From IMG/VR virus record IMGVR_UViG_3300025012_000026, positions 62,001-126,000 of that record: a stretch of DNA of 64,000 nucleotides; one strand, written 5' to 3'. A program made the translations under genes and the position numbers. Numbering within the stretch: position 1 is the first letter of the stretch; every line of letters begins with the position of its first letter. The notes beneath the pieces are model-generated. The model searched no databases. It had not been told where the DNA came from and was given only the letters and a program-made list of their open reading frames with translations. Of this stretch, positions 29,306 through 38,832 are shown in pieces.

Positions 29306-31018
29306 ATGGGATTGATAACAAAAGAGGTTTGGGTAGAAGTAGGTAAAAATTTAAAACATTATGAAAAATTAAATTATTTTATACCAAAATCAATAAATAA
29401 GTACGGAAAATTAACTGTTTCAAGAGGAACTAGAATATTAGTTAAAGTAGAAGATTTGCCTAATCGTTCTGCTGTATTTGTTGATTGTGAATGTAACGGT
29501 TGCGGAAAAGAAATAAATAGAATACCGTGGTATAATTATAAAAGATCAGTAGTAGACGATAATAAATATTATTGTCATCAATGTGCAAAGGCTGGTCATA
29601 AAGAATGGATAAGTTTCTTTAGATGGTGTTACTTAAATTTATATAAAGAATTAGCAGATTATATTTTATCCAGATGGGATTATGAATTGAATATTGATAA
29701 AAATGGTAAATTAATAACACCAAAAGATATTAGTCATTCATCACAAGGTATTAACGGAAAAGGATATTGGTTTAAGTGTTTAGAACATCCAGAGCATCTA
29801 TCAGAACAGAAAAGTATTAGCGGTTTTGTCGGAGGGACTCGTAGTATTACTTGCAATCAATGTAATAAGGTCTCCATTACATACCCTGCTCTCATTAAAT
29901 ATTTAGTAAATGAAGCTGATATGTATAAATACTCTCTTGGTTCAAATGAACAAATCCCTATGAGATGTCCATATTGTGGATATGAGAAGGATATTACAAT
30001 TCCTGTTTTTATAAGAGTTGGATTTGGATGTTCAAGATGTTCAGACGGTGTGTCGTTCAGTCAAAAATTTATAGCATGTTTTTTAGAGCAGATATTAGAT
30101 AAAGATTTTACAATAGAACTAAGTAAAAAAACTTTAAAATGGTGTGATAACTATAGATATGATTTTTATACAGAAAAATTAAACGGAATTATTATAGAGG
30201 CAATGGGTATACAGCACTACGAAGAATCTTTTAGAAAAATAAGTAAAAAAGCTAGAAGTTTAGAAGAAGAACAAAAGAATGACAGAGATAAAGAACAATT
30301 AGCAAAAGAAAATAATATTGAAAATTATATAGTTTTGGATTGTAGAAAAAGTGAAATGAATTGGATTAAAAATAGTATCATGAATAGTAATTTACCAAAA
30401 TTATTAAATTTTATGGAAAAAGATATAGATTGGTTGAAATGTGGCGAAGCAGGTTATTCAAGTTTGATTAAGATTGCTTGTGATTATTGGAATAGTGGAA
30501 TAAAGAGTGTCAGAGAGATAGCAGAGAAAATGAAATTACATAGTGCTACAATTTCAAGATATCTTAAACAAGGTACTGAGTTAAATTGGTGTGATTATGG
30601 TGGGAAAGCAGAGATGTTTCGTAAGGTAATATGTTTAACCACAGGGGAAGTTTTTAATAGTGTTACGGAAGCTGAAAATAAATATAATACTTCTCATATT
30701 TCAGATTGTTGCAAGGGAAATAAAAAGACATCTGGAAAACTTTTAGATGGAACTAAACTTGTGTGGGTTTATTATGAAGAATATATATTAAGAACAGAGG
30801 AAGAAATTACAAGTATTTTAAATAATTCAAAAAATATTCGGAATGTAAAAATAATATGTACAACAACTGGTGAAAAATTTGAAAAAATATCTGATGCGGA
30901 AATCAAATATAATATTTCTGCACAAAGTATATCTAAATGTTGTAAAGGTAAATTAAATTCAGCAGGTAAACATCCCAATACAGGAGAGAAAATGGTTTGG
31001 AAAATATTTGATAAATAA
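29306..31018 (+). CDS. Putative homing endonuclease: zinc ribbons, PD-(D/E)xK (DUF559-like) domain, NUMOD1 repeats
   Basis: CxxC repeats; YRYDFY...IIEAMGIQHY; VICLTTGEVFNS x2; start ATG 29306. Confidence 0.75.
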   Translation: MGLITKEVWVEVGKNLKHYEKLNYFIPKSINKYGKLTVSRGTRILVKVEDLPNRSAVFVDCECNGCGKEINRIPWYNYKRSVVDDNKYYCHQCAKAGHKEWISFFRWCYLNLYKELADYILSRWDYELNIDKNGKLITPKDISHSSQGINGKGYWFKCLEHPEHLSEQKSISGFVGGTRSITCNQCNKVSITYPALIKYLVNEADMYKYSLGSNEQIPMRCPYCGYEKDITIPVFIRVGFGCSRCSDGVSFSQKFIACFLEQILDKDFTIELSKKTLKWCDNYRYDFYTEKLNGIIIEAMGIQHYEESFRKISKKARSLEEEQKNDRDKEQLAKENNIENYIVLDCRKSEMNWIKNSIMNSNLPKLLNFMEKDIDWLKCGEAGYSSLIKIACDYWNSGIKSVREIAEKMKLHSATISRYLKQGTELNWCDYGGKAEMFRKVICLTTGEVFNSVTEAENKYNTSHISDCCKGNKKTSGKLLDGTKLVWVYYEEYILRTEEEITSILNNSKNIRNVKIICTTTGEKFEKISDAEIKYNISAQSISKCCKGKLNSAGKHPNTGEKMVWKIFDK

Positions 31019-31023
31019 TATTA

Positions 31024-31066
31024 TAGAGAGTAATCACAAAATTAATGTGATTACTCTCTATTTTTT
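31024..31066. terminator. Bidirectional terminator
   Basis: ATAGAGAGTAATCACA/TGTGATTACTCTCTAT plus T-run. Confidence 0.85.
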
Positions 31067-31072
31067 ACGCTT

Positions 31073-32530
31073 TTAATTTTCCATTACATGATTGATAATT
31101 AAAGTGGCGATATCCTTCTGAACCTTTGAAGAATTCACAAGTTTCGATCCCTCCCTAAGACAGAAATTCCATATAGGATTACTCCTACTTAGAAATTTTT
31201 TGTCTGACAACTTTGTAAGTCTATTCTCCCAATCATTTTCCTTGCGTAATCTATTAGCAAGAGCAAAGAAACCTGATATAAACATATTTTCTAAAATAAA
31301 ATTCTGCTTTCTTTGTTCCGATTTTGCTTCAATATCAATATTGCCCATTGCTTCAGGGAATATATTACTAATTAATTCATCCCAAAATTTAACAAGATAT
31401 AAACCAATCTCTTCTGCTTCTTTTGGATTTAATGCTTTAAATTGTGCTACATTATCAAGTAGAGTTTTATAAGTGATAATTTTATTGCTTGATTTTGAAA
31501 TTGTTCCAGAAACTAACTCTATCTTACCTTTGAGCAAACTTTGATTCGCAATTATGTCAACAATTTTGCGATTTTCATTGAAAACATCATGAAAAGCCAA
31601 CCTAGTACGACTTACAGCCTTACCTTTTGAATTTGCTTCTACAAAAAGATTTTCTGACTCTGAGTGAGACAAATTAAAAATCACCACTGGTATATAAAAT
31701 TCTCTAGGATCTTTTATGCTAAGAGCATCCTTTTTGAATCGTTTAACCCAAATCTTCATACTTTCTAACCTATGGGCTGCATCGCAGATGGTTAAAGCAT
31801 GTTGTCCAGATAAAGTATTGTCATCTTCGTTAAAGTGAAGTGGTTCAGGATATTCTTTTGCATAATTTAATAATACTTGACCAGCATCCATAGAACCGTC
31901 TAACATTTTTGATAAGATAGTTTTAACATTGGCAGTATAAATTAATGGTTTTTCCTCTCCTTTTGCGGTGGTACGCGAACCTCTCTGAACTGAGGGATCG
32001 TATATCACTGAAGGAGTTTTTCCAGAGTACATTTCATTTAGTTGATAACAATTTAATGTTGTGATCCATTTGTAAATAGAACCATTACGATAAACGGGTT
32101 GGCAATTTGGTATTGACCAAAAATATCCATCTTCTTTATTATTGCTTTCTTTCCCAGTCTTAACCTTATTACTTAAACTACCAAACACAGGCATATTGGC
32201 ATTCCCCATATTTCTTTCTCTCATTTTTTTCTTTAGTTCTTCATCAGATTCTACAACTTTATCAATTTTATCAACTTCAATAATCTTATCACTCCTATCT
32301 TCTTCCCATTTTTCATCCTCATCAATAATTTCATCCAAACTTTCAAATCCTGCTGAAGTTTCACTCATAGTTTTGCTAAATTCTTGTGTCATCGTATTGA
32401 TTGCCTCTTCCTTAACTTGATTAACTACATTAGTGTTTGTCTGAGCAAGTCTGTCTCTACTTTTTCTTCCCATGTCTTCTTCTCCTTCCATAGTTTCCTT
32501 GACTAATTTATTAACCATATCAATAATCAT
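31073..32530 (-). CDS. DndB/DGQHR-family (ParB/Srx-fold) protein
   Basis: YDPSVQRG, ICDAAHRL (DGQHR variant), LFVEANSKGKAV. Confidence 0.7.
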   Translation of the reverse strand: MIIDMVNKLVKETMEGEEDMGRKSRDRLAQTNTNVVNQVKEEAINTMTQEFSKTMSETSAGFESLDEIIDEDEKWEEDRSDKIIEVDKIDKVVESDEELKKKMRERNMGNANMPVFGSLSNKVKTGKESNNKEDGYFWSIPNCQPVYRNGSIYKWITTLNCYQLNEMYSGKTPSVIYDPSVQRGSRTTAKGEEKPLIYTANVKTILSKMLDGSMDAGQVLLNYAKEYPEPLHFNEDDNTLSGQHALTICDAAHRLESMKIWVKRFKKDALSIKDPREFYIPVVIFNLSHSESENLFVEANSKGKAVSRTRLAFHDVFNENRKIVDIIANQSLLKGKIELVSGTISKSSNKIITYKTLLDNVAQFKALNPKEAEEIGLYLVKFWDELISNIFPEAMGNIDIEAKSEQRKQNFILENMFISGFFALANRLRKENDWENRLTKLSDKKFLSRSNPIWNFCLREGSKLVNSSKVQKDIATLIINHVMEN

Positions 32531-32636
32531 AATAAAACCGCCTTTCTATGACTATATCATATTTATACACAAAAACATAGAGAATAATACCTAAATTTTC
32601 TTAAAAATAAAGAAAAAGAATGATTTCTCATTCTTT

Positions 32637-32804
32637 CTAATCAATAATTATCCCTTTTTCTCTTAGAAAATCCTCTTCTGCAAGTAATATTTCCTCAATA
32701 AGATTCTCGTTAACTCCTGTCCTTTGAGCAATTTGTTGAATCATAAGATCAACATCAATCGTCGGTTTGCTAAAACTATTGATGATGTTCCCTAAAATTC
32801 CCAT
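32637..32804 (-). CDS. 55-aa hypothetical protein, last gene of the transfer operon
   Basis: MGILGNIINSF...EEDFLREKGIIID; AAGGAG RBS overlaps the relaxase stop. Confidence 0.6.
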   Translation of the reverse strand: MGILGNIINSFSKPTIDVDLMIQQIAQRTGVNENLIEEILLAEEDFLREKGIIID

Positions 32805-32817
32805 TATAGCCATCTCC

Positions 32818-33591
32818 TTATTTCATTTTCCATACCGTGATATCTGGAATTATTCTTATCTTTTTCATATTTGGATATTGAGTAAAAATATAAAAATTTT
32901 CTCTTAATTCTTCTATTTGAGCGATGTTAACTTGTTTGCCTAAGTTAGTTAATCTTCTAAACCCTGCTGAATTAGTTAACCAAAACAATTGAGGAAACCC
33001 CTTTACCTTCTGAGATACTTTTTCGTAAATATCAATCTTTTCTTTCAGTTGTTTTTTAGATTCTGTCCCTGCGTCAATTTCAAATAACAAGGTGGTGTCT
33101 TGTTCATCCTTAGTTAACACAATCAATATATCTGATCTAAAAATATATTGCTTACCATTTTCTCTATCCTTGTATTTATAAATGAATTCAGGTTTATATT
33201 GCTTAATAAAAATCTTATTTAAATTTTGCTCCCGAATCAGCAAAGCATAAATTTCATTAACTAATAGTTGATGAGTATAATCTGAAGGTAGTTTAGATAA
33301 ATTCACTCCACCAATTTGGCAAAGTAATTTACCTGCCGTAACTAAGGATTCGCCATTTAATGCCACTGGAGTTCTTTTAATAAATTCTAATCTTTCTATT
33401 TTAGCTAGTCTTCGATTACAAACAGTTAAACTTTGTTTAGATTGAAAGAACATTATTTGAATCTGAGTTCTGGAAAAAATTTTAAAATCTCTAATACTTC
33501 TTATTATCTCTAAATCTCTCCCCGTTAAATGGGCGTACTTTTGTCCCAAAATCAATTTTTCCAACATCAAATCTTTGCTGATCATTGTCAA
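32818..33591 (-). CDS. Replication-relaxation (Replic_Relax) family protein, putative relaxase
   Basis: LTGRDLEII...SRTQI...CNRRLAKI wHTH; HQLLVNE; FRSDIL...FEIDAGTE...KIDIY. Confidence 0.8.
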   Translation of the reverse strand: MTMISKDLMLEKLILGQKYAHLTGRDLEIIRSIRDFKIFSRTQIQIMFFQSKQSLTVCNRRLAKIERLEFIKRTPVALNGESLVTAGKLLCQIGGVNLSKLPSDYTHQLLVNEIYALLIREQNLNKIFIKQYKPEFIYKYKDRENGKQYIFRSDILIVLTKDEQDTTLLFEIDAGTESKKQLKEKIDIYEKVSQKVKGFPQLFWLTNSAGFRRLTNLGKQVNIAQIEELRENFYIFTQYPNMKKIRIIPDITVWKMK

Positions 33592-35203
33592 TCACCTCTA
33601 TATTAAAATCTGGTTCGGGGATATAATCCGATTCCAAAATTTCTTCCATAATTTCATCAACAGAACGTAAATATTTTTGACTATTTTGATTAATAGCATC
33701 TGGTATTTGCTTGCGTAAAGGTTTGGTTGGAGGATCACATTTAATAATAGATATACTTTTTTCACTTTTGTATAAAAATCTACAGAGTGCATGATATTTA
33801 GGAAGATTAAGAATAGCATATCTGTTAGACATATCTTTTTCTTCATCTCCTGTTTCAAATTCTTTAAACAGTGTTTGTGCTCCTCCTCTACCTATAGCAA
33901 AAGATATAATCTGAGGTTGTACTTCTAACATCATTCTAATAAGTGATTGAATTTGAGTTTGTTCTGGAGACTGGAAGAAAAAATGTAAGCATAGTCGGTA
34001 TTTTCTTGCTTCTGTTAAAATTTCTTCAATTCCAGCCTCATTTGACAAATACATTTGGGGTTCGTCAAGAAAAAGCATGAAAATCCTCCTTTTATTTTTA
34101 TCTGTAATATCAAATCTTGATAAAGCTGCAATCCAAAACTTAGAAATAATTAGAGGGATCAGTATCTCAATATTAACTTTTCCGACAGCAACTTTTGGGG
34201 CTTTAATTAAAAGTATTTTTCCTTCATCCATTATCGTCCTGAAGTCAATAGTAGATTTGTTTTGACATATAATTGATTTCAAATAATCATTATTAGTAAG
34301 ATTTCCTACTTTGTTTAACAATGGTTTAATCATATCTCTTTTAACTGATGGAGGTTGGGCTTCAAATCTGTCCCAATATCTAACAACAGAAGCGTTCCTT
34401 TTGTTTTTTCTTAAAGACTTTACTATTTGTTCACGATATTCTACTTCAGTTAACATTTTGATAATTCCTAAAAGAGTTTTAGGATAATCAGTTTGTTTAA
34501 GAATCGCGTTCAATGAATTTGATAAAAGATCCTCACTTGCAAAACCTATTTGTTCTCCGAATCTTTTTTTGAAAAATGAAATTATCTCTGCATGAATAAA
34601 GTGGGGAAACTGTTTCTCAACTTTTTCATCAAATTCTAAGAGATTAATTCCTGGAAGAAAATCTTTATTGGAAAAGTCTAATAAAACAACATCCTCTAAT
34701 CTATTTTCTGGGATAGACATTAAAATATTGTCAATTAATGCTCCATCTGCTACGTCTATAACACAAAATCCTGCGGTATTGAAATTTTGTAAATTGTTAA
34801 TTTTAGATATTTGGATTGCAATATTTTCAGCCAAATTTGTCTTGCCACTCCCAGGTGAACCCACGTATATAGAATTTTTGCTAAGGTCGTCAAAATGATC
34901 TATAGGATAACTAATTACATTTTTTGTATTTAAATCTTTGCCCATTACTATACCATTACCTTTGAGTAAAAATTTACTAGGTTTTAACACTACCCTATCT
35001 CCTAACGAATTTTTATCATCGCCAAACTTCAAATTAGGTAATTTATAATCTGGAATACCTTGACCTAAAATACCATTTGAAATCATTTGAACTGTATAAC
35101 CAAGACATCCTAACACAAATTTACTGCTATATAGAGCAGAATATTTTCCTGATTTAATGGTTAAGTCTTTAATCTTATTAATTTTATCTCCCACTATACT
35201 CAA
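33491..35203 (-). CDS. Type IV coupling protein (VirD4/TraD-like ATPase)
   Basis: GSPGSGKT, VIDVADG, PLLNKV, IDFRTIMDEGKILL, LFLDEPQ...EARKYRL...Q. Confidence 0.85.
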   Translation of the reverse strand: MSIVGDKINKIKDLTIKSGKYSALYSSKFVLGCLGYTVQMISNGILGQGIPDYKLPNLKFGDDKNSLGDRVVLKPSKFLLKGNGIVMGKDLNTKNVISYPIDHFDDLSKNSIYVGSPGSGKTNLAENIAIQISKINNLQNFNTAGFCVIDVADGALIDNILMSIPENRLEDVVLLDFSNKDFLPGINLLEFDEKVEKQFPHFIHAEIISFFKKRFGEQIGFASEDLLSNSLNAILKQTDYPKTLLGIIKMLTEVEYREQIVKSLRKNKRNASVVRYWDRFEAQPPSVKRDMIKPLLNKVGNLTNNDYLKSIICQNKSTIDFRTIMDEGKILLIKAPKVAVGKVNIEILIPLIISKFWIAALSRFDITDKNKRRIFMLFLDEPQMYLSNEAGIEEILTEARKYRLCLHFFFQSPEQTQIQSLIRMMLEVQPQIISFAIGRGGAQTLFKEFETGDEEKDMSNRYAILNLPKYHALCRFLYKSEKSISIIKCDPPTKPLRKQIPDAINQNSQKYLRSVDEIMEEILESDYIPEPDFNIEVIDNDQQRFDVGKIDFGTKVRPFNGERFRDNKKY

Positions 35204-36695
35204 CCCCTTTCATTTCTTCGTAATTAGTGTTGAATAGAAGATATTCTTTATCATCAAATATTGGTCTAAAAGCATATTGCTTAGTTCCTATAGTCATCCA
35301 ACCTTGTCCTTTCTCAATTCTAGATAAGTAGTCAATAATGTGAGGTGGTATATTCATATAATTACTAATATGTTGCAACTCTAAAGAAGTTAAATGAAGA
35401 ATTAAAGTATTGGCACAATTTTTAATAATTAATTCAATATCATCCTTAGAGCAATCAGTGAGGTTCTGGGTGCAAACAAAAATGCCCACCCCTCTCTTAC
35501 GATAACCTTTAGCAATTGCTACAACTCTCTTAATTACTGCATCCGTTTTTAAAATATTCCATGCTTCATCAATTACAATAAGACAATCTTTAAATTCAGT
35601 TTTGAGTAAGAACTTTTCAAAATCCTTAGATATAATAACAATATTCCTTGAAGTTAATTTAGCATATTCACCAGTGATATCAAGAATATAAATTTTCTTA
35701 TGTGCAGATATTTTCTTTATAATTGACTTTACTGCAAAACTCTTGCCACTTCCTGAAATTCCAAAAATGAAAAATGAATTATTAAATGTCTCTGCAAAGT
35801 TAATTTTAATTAATTGATGGTTTTGATAATCATATCCAATAGTAATACCTTTGCCGGAAACATATCTTACAAATGGATAGAAATTACTAATTGCACTTGT
35901 TAAAAATACTTTTAACTCCTTTACATGATCAATTTCTTTGTATGCTCTGAAATTCTTGAAACAATTAAAATGTTCACAATTAGCAAACTTAAATCTTATC
36001 TGCATACCATCTAAAAGCATAGATATTTGCTTTGTTTTTGTTTCTAATTGTTCAAGTGTTTGTCCTTTAATTAAGATATATAATCCAACCATGCAAAGTT
36101 TTTCTTCATTTCCCATAAGATCAACCATTGTTTTTTGTAACTTCTCTACAATTTCATCTTCTACAAAAAACTCTTGATTTGGGTTCTTTGAGGCTTTCCA
36201 ATTTACATTTGCTTCAGTAGTATCAATTCTTTTTTTTACGGCCTTTACAGCCTCTTCTTGTGGCAATGGAAAGATAGTAATAGCAATCTCAGTGTCAGGA
36301 ATCATTAGATTGTTTATGAATCCCACAGAAAGCATTTGAGGATATTGGATAACTTTAATTAATTTAGCAAAATATTTTTCATTGTTTTCAGTGACAGAAA
36401 TATACTTCCTAAATTCTTTAATTTGGATATTGCTTGAAGTTGAACATTCAGATTGAGCATAGTCCATTCCCGAATTACGCAGGTTTTCACAAATATCAGA
36501 ATTGGTAATTAGATAATAACTTGATTCGTTTATTTGTGTATCTTTGTTTAAATAATTTAAATCAGTTTTACAAATTATCCTTGATGAATCATTTAGAGAA
36601 TTTAGCAAATATTTAAACTTGGATCTGAGTAATATTTGATCTTCTTTTGTTGCTAAAAGATAGTTTGCTTTTGGGTAAAGTTGATATTGAAACAT
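35184..36695 (-). CDS. virB4: VirB4-like conjugation ATPase (short form)
   Basis: YPQML..GF...FYPF N-domain; GISGSGKS; LIVIDEAW; RKRGVG...TQN. Confidence 0.85.
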   Translation of the reverse strand: MFQYQLYPKANYLLATKEDQILLRSKFKYLLNSLNDSSRIICKTDLNYLNKDTQINESSYYLITNSDICENLRNSGMDYAQSECSTSSNIQIKEFRKYISVTENNEKYFAKLIKVIQYPQMLSVGFINNLMIPDTEIAITIFPLPQEEAVKAVKKRIDTTEANVNWKASKNPNQEFFVEDEIVEKLQKTMVDLMGNEEKLCMVGLYILIKGQTLEQLETKTKQISMLLDGMQIRFKFANCEHFNCFKNFRAYKEIDHVKELKVFLTSAISNFYPFVRYVSGKGITIGYDYQNHQLIKINFAETFNNSFFIFGISGSGKSFAVKSIIKKISAHKKIYILDITGEYAKLTSRNIVIISKDFEKFLLKTEFKDCLIVIDEAWNILKTDAVIKRVVAIAKGYRKRGVGIFVCTQNLTDCSKDDIELIIKNCANTLILHLTSLELQHISNYMNIPPHIIDYLSRIEKGQGWMTIGTKQYAFRPIFDDKEYLLFNTNYEEMKGVEYSGR

Positions 36696-36960
36696 TTTGT
36701 TTTGTCATTCCTTTCCACTTAAATTTAAAGAAAGATACTACTCCTTGGTCTATATCTGTTTTCGTAAGAATTGCTGTAGGAATACCAATATTTGGTAATA
36801 TAAATAATTTTAAATAAATAGGTAAAGTTGTATTAAAAACCGATAATCCAAGTATAACCCCACCTATTAAATAAATAGTTTGTTTCCCTGTAAGTCCATA
36901 AAATATTTCATCCTTCATTTCAATAATTTGATTTGTGTCGAACATTTCAGTATTTAACAT
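36613..36960 (-). CDS. PrgI/VirB3-like membrane protein
   Basis: KDEIFYGLTGKQ plus two TMs, directly upstream of virB4. Confidence 0.75.
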   Translation of the reverse strand: MLNTEMFDTNQIIEMKDEIFYGLTGKQTIYLIGGVILGLSVFNTTLPIYLKLFILPNIGIPTAILTKTDIDQGVVSFFKFKWKGMTKQNVSISTLPKSKLSFSNKRRSNITQIQV

Positions 36961-36964
36961 TAAA

Positions 36965-37960
36965 TTACCTCCTTCTACTCGCTCCTCTTCTTGAAGACAT
37001 CATACCTCCCATTCTACCAAATCCACTATATCTAATAAGTTTTCTAGGGCTTAATCCATATTTTATCTCTCTAAACATAGCAACTGGATTCGGAGCTTGG
37101 TGTCCATAACTAATCCATTGTTGAACATATGAAGGTGCTTTTAGCATAAATGATCCTGCCGATATACAAAGCATAATATGATAAAGTCCTCCGTGATTTG
37201 ATTTTGATATTGAAGACTCAAATCCTAACCAAATCACCATAATAATCGCATGGATAATTGGAGCAATTAAGTTATCTAATAATTCATCAATCCATACCTG
37301 TCTCATATTTTGATGTTTGGGAAATAAACATAGATAGAAAAATATAGGTGCTGTAGCAACTAGAAACATAATAGAAATCATTCTCATGAAATAAAACCAT
37401 ATTAAATTGACTAATATCATTGCAAAAATTAAAGTGAATATAATTAGACCTAAACCATACTGTGGAGTTAAAGCTCTGACCATTTGTGCTTCTGAACCGC
37501 CTAGAGATAGAATAACAATGGTAAATTTGTTTGTTGCATCTATTATCATTGGAAGTGCAATTATTGCAATATTTACAATGACCATTGATTGAGCTATCTT
37601 CACAATATATTCTGTACTCTGATATTTACTACTTTTATTCATAATTTGCATAATTCCAAAATATACAATTCCTGCTATTGAGAATGTCATTATGATCTTT
37701 AAGAAGAAATAGTATAAAGATAATATTGTAGGATTTTCTGCCAATACATTAGGCGTGTGAAGAAATAATTGTGTAAAATTTTGAACTAGAGAATCAGTAA
37801 TAAAATGTTCTAATCTTCCATTTACTGTAGAAATATCTTGAGGTGTAGGTGCATTAAATAAAGCATCATTAACATTTTGAACTGTTTCTAGGGATGGAGG
37901 TGTGATAAAAAATTTAATTATAGCATCTCCTGCTTCTCCAACAGTGAGCAATGGAATCAT
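36965..37960 (-). CDS. VirB6/TrbL-like polytopic membrane protein
   Basis: Multiple TMs; YFMR...ATAPIFFYL...W pattern. Confidence 0.75.
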   Translation of the reverse strand: MIPLLTVGEAGDAIIKFFITPPSLETVQNVNDALFNAPTPQDISTVNGRLEHFITDSLVQNFTQLFLHTPNVLAENPTILSLYYFFLKIIMTFSIAGIVYFGIMQIMNKSSKYQSTEYIVKIAQSMVIVNIAIIALPMIIDATNKFTIVILSLGGSEAQMVRALTPQYGLGLIIFTLIFAMILVNLIWFYFMRMISIMFLVATAPIFFYLCLFPKHQNMRQVWIDELLDNLIAPIIHAIIMVIWLGFESSISKSNHGGLYHIMLCISAGSFMLKAPSYVQQWISYGHQAPNPVAMFREIKYGLSPRKLIRYSGFGRMGGMMSSRRGASRRR

Positions 37961-37990
37961 CCCCTTTATGAAGTTATAATAATTTTAATC

Positions 37991-38242
37991 TTAAAATTTT
38001 GGCATTGTTGGAAATACTCCTTTAAGTATTGTCCAGACAATCTTCACTACCCAAGGCCCAACAATTATAGTTATACATCCACGGATTACCGATTCCTTAA
38101 GCTCTTTGGATTGAGCTTTCCAATTTCCATTTCCAATGACATCCATGACACCAGCCCAGACTATCATGATCATAGCTAAACCAATTCCTAGTCCAGATAA
38201 TAATAAACAAATTTTTGTTGACCACTGGTTAAATTCTTCCAT
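37991..38242 (-). CDS. Pilin (VirB2/TrbC-like)
   Basis: 83 aa; two hydrophobic helices, IVWAG...K...IRG; first gene of the cluster; AGGAGG RBS. Confidence 0.7.
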   Translation of the reverse strand: MEEFNQWSTKICLLLSGLGIGLAMIMIVWAGVMDVIGNGNWKAQSKELKESVIRGCITIIVGPWVVKIVWTILKGVFPTMPKF

Positions 38243-38474
38243 GATAAAAACCTCCTAGAAATTTTAATTTTTCCATGCCTCTTTACTAAGAAGACCTAGA
38301 TTTTAAAATCTGAATCCCTTTATTCATGCGGTCTGTAGGGTTCAGGGTGTATTAATGGCAATATAGGTGGTTAATATAGGGTTCTTGTCTTGATTTTTAC
38401 AAACATTCATGTATAATCGACATTATTTTGGTTAATAATATGGTCAACGAAATAAATTAAGGAGTGTGAATTTA

Positions 38475-38576
38475 ATGTTTTTACTGCCAATGTTTGTTGT
38501 AGGAGTAGGTTTGGTGGGTTATTCAGCATATGAATTAGTTAATACAGTGCAACAATTAAGCAAACTTATTCAATAA
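38475..38576 (+). CDS. 33-aa single-TM peptide antisense to the transfer cluster
   Basis: MFLLPMFVVGVGLVGYSAYELVNTVQQLSKLIQ; AAGGAG RBS; TTGATT-16-TATAAT; terminator CCCCTCA/TGAGGGG. Confidence 0.65.
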   Translation: MFLLPMFVVGVGLVGYSAYELVNTVQQLSKLIQ

Positions 38577-38618
38577 TAAAATTCATATGCTATAATTCAA
38601 TCCCCTCATTTGAGGGGT

Positions 38619-38816
38619 TTATTTTTTAGCAAAATGCTTGATACTTTTGACAATTGATTCTTTAGACCAATATGCTCCAAAACCAAACATTAAAACTCCT
38701 AATGCGCCCATTGTCCATCCTAAAACCCAGTATGAAGGAGTAAGAAAAATCTCACCAAATTCTAATAGTGAAAAACTTCCAACTAAAAACATAAGAGCTT
38801 TTGTATCTTTTTTCAT
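38619..38816 (-). CDS. Small two-TM protein
   Basis: Hydrophobic 65 aa; AAGGAGG RBS. Confidence 0.6.
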   Translation of the reverse strand: MKKDTKALMFLVGSFSLLEFGEIFLTPSYWVLGWTMGALGVLMFGFGAYWSKESIVKSIKHFAKK

Positions 38817-38832
38817 AATAAGTCCTCCTTTT

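Noticed and set aside
31073-32530. Dnd phosphorothioation system
   Set aside because: No dndA/C/D/E-like genes in the window
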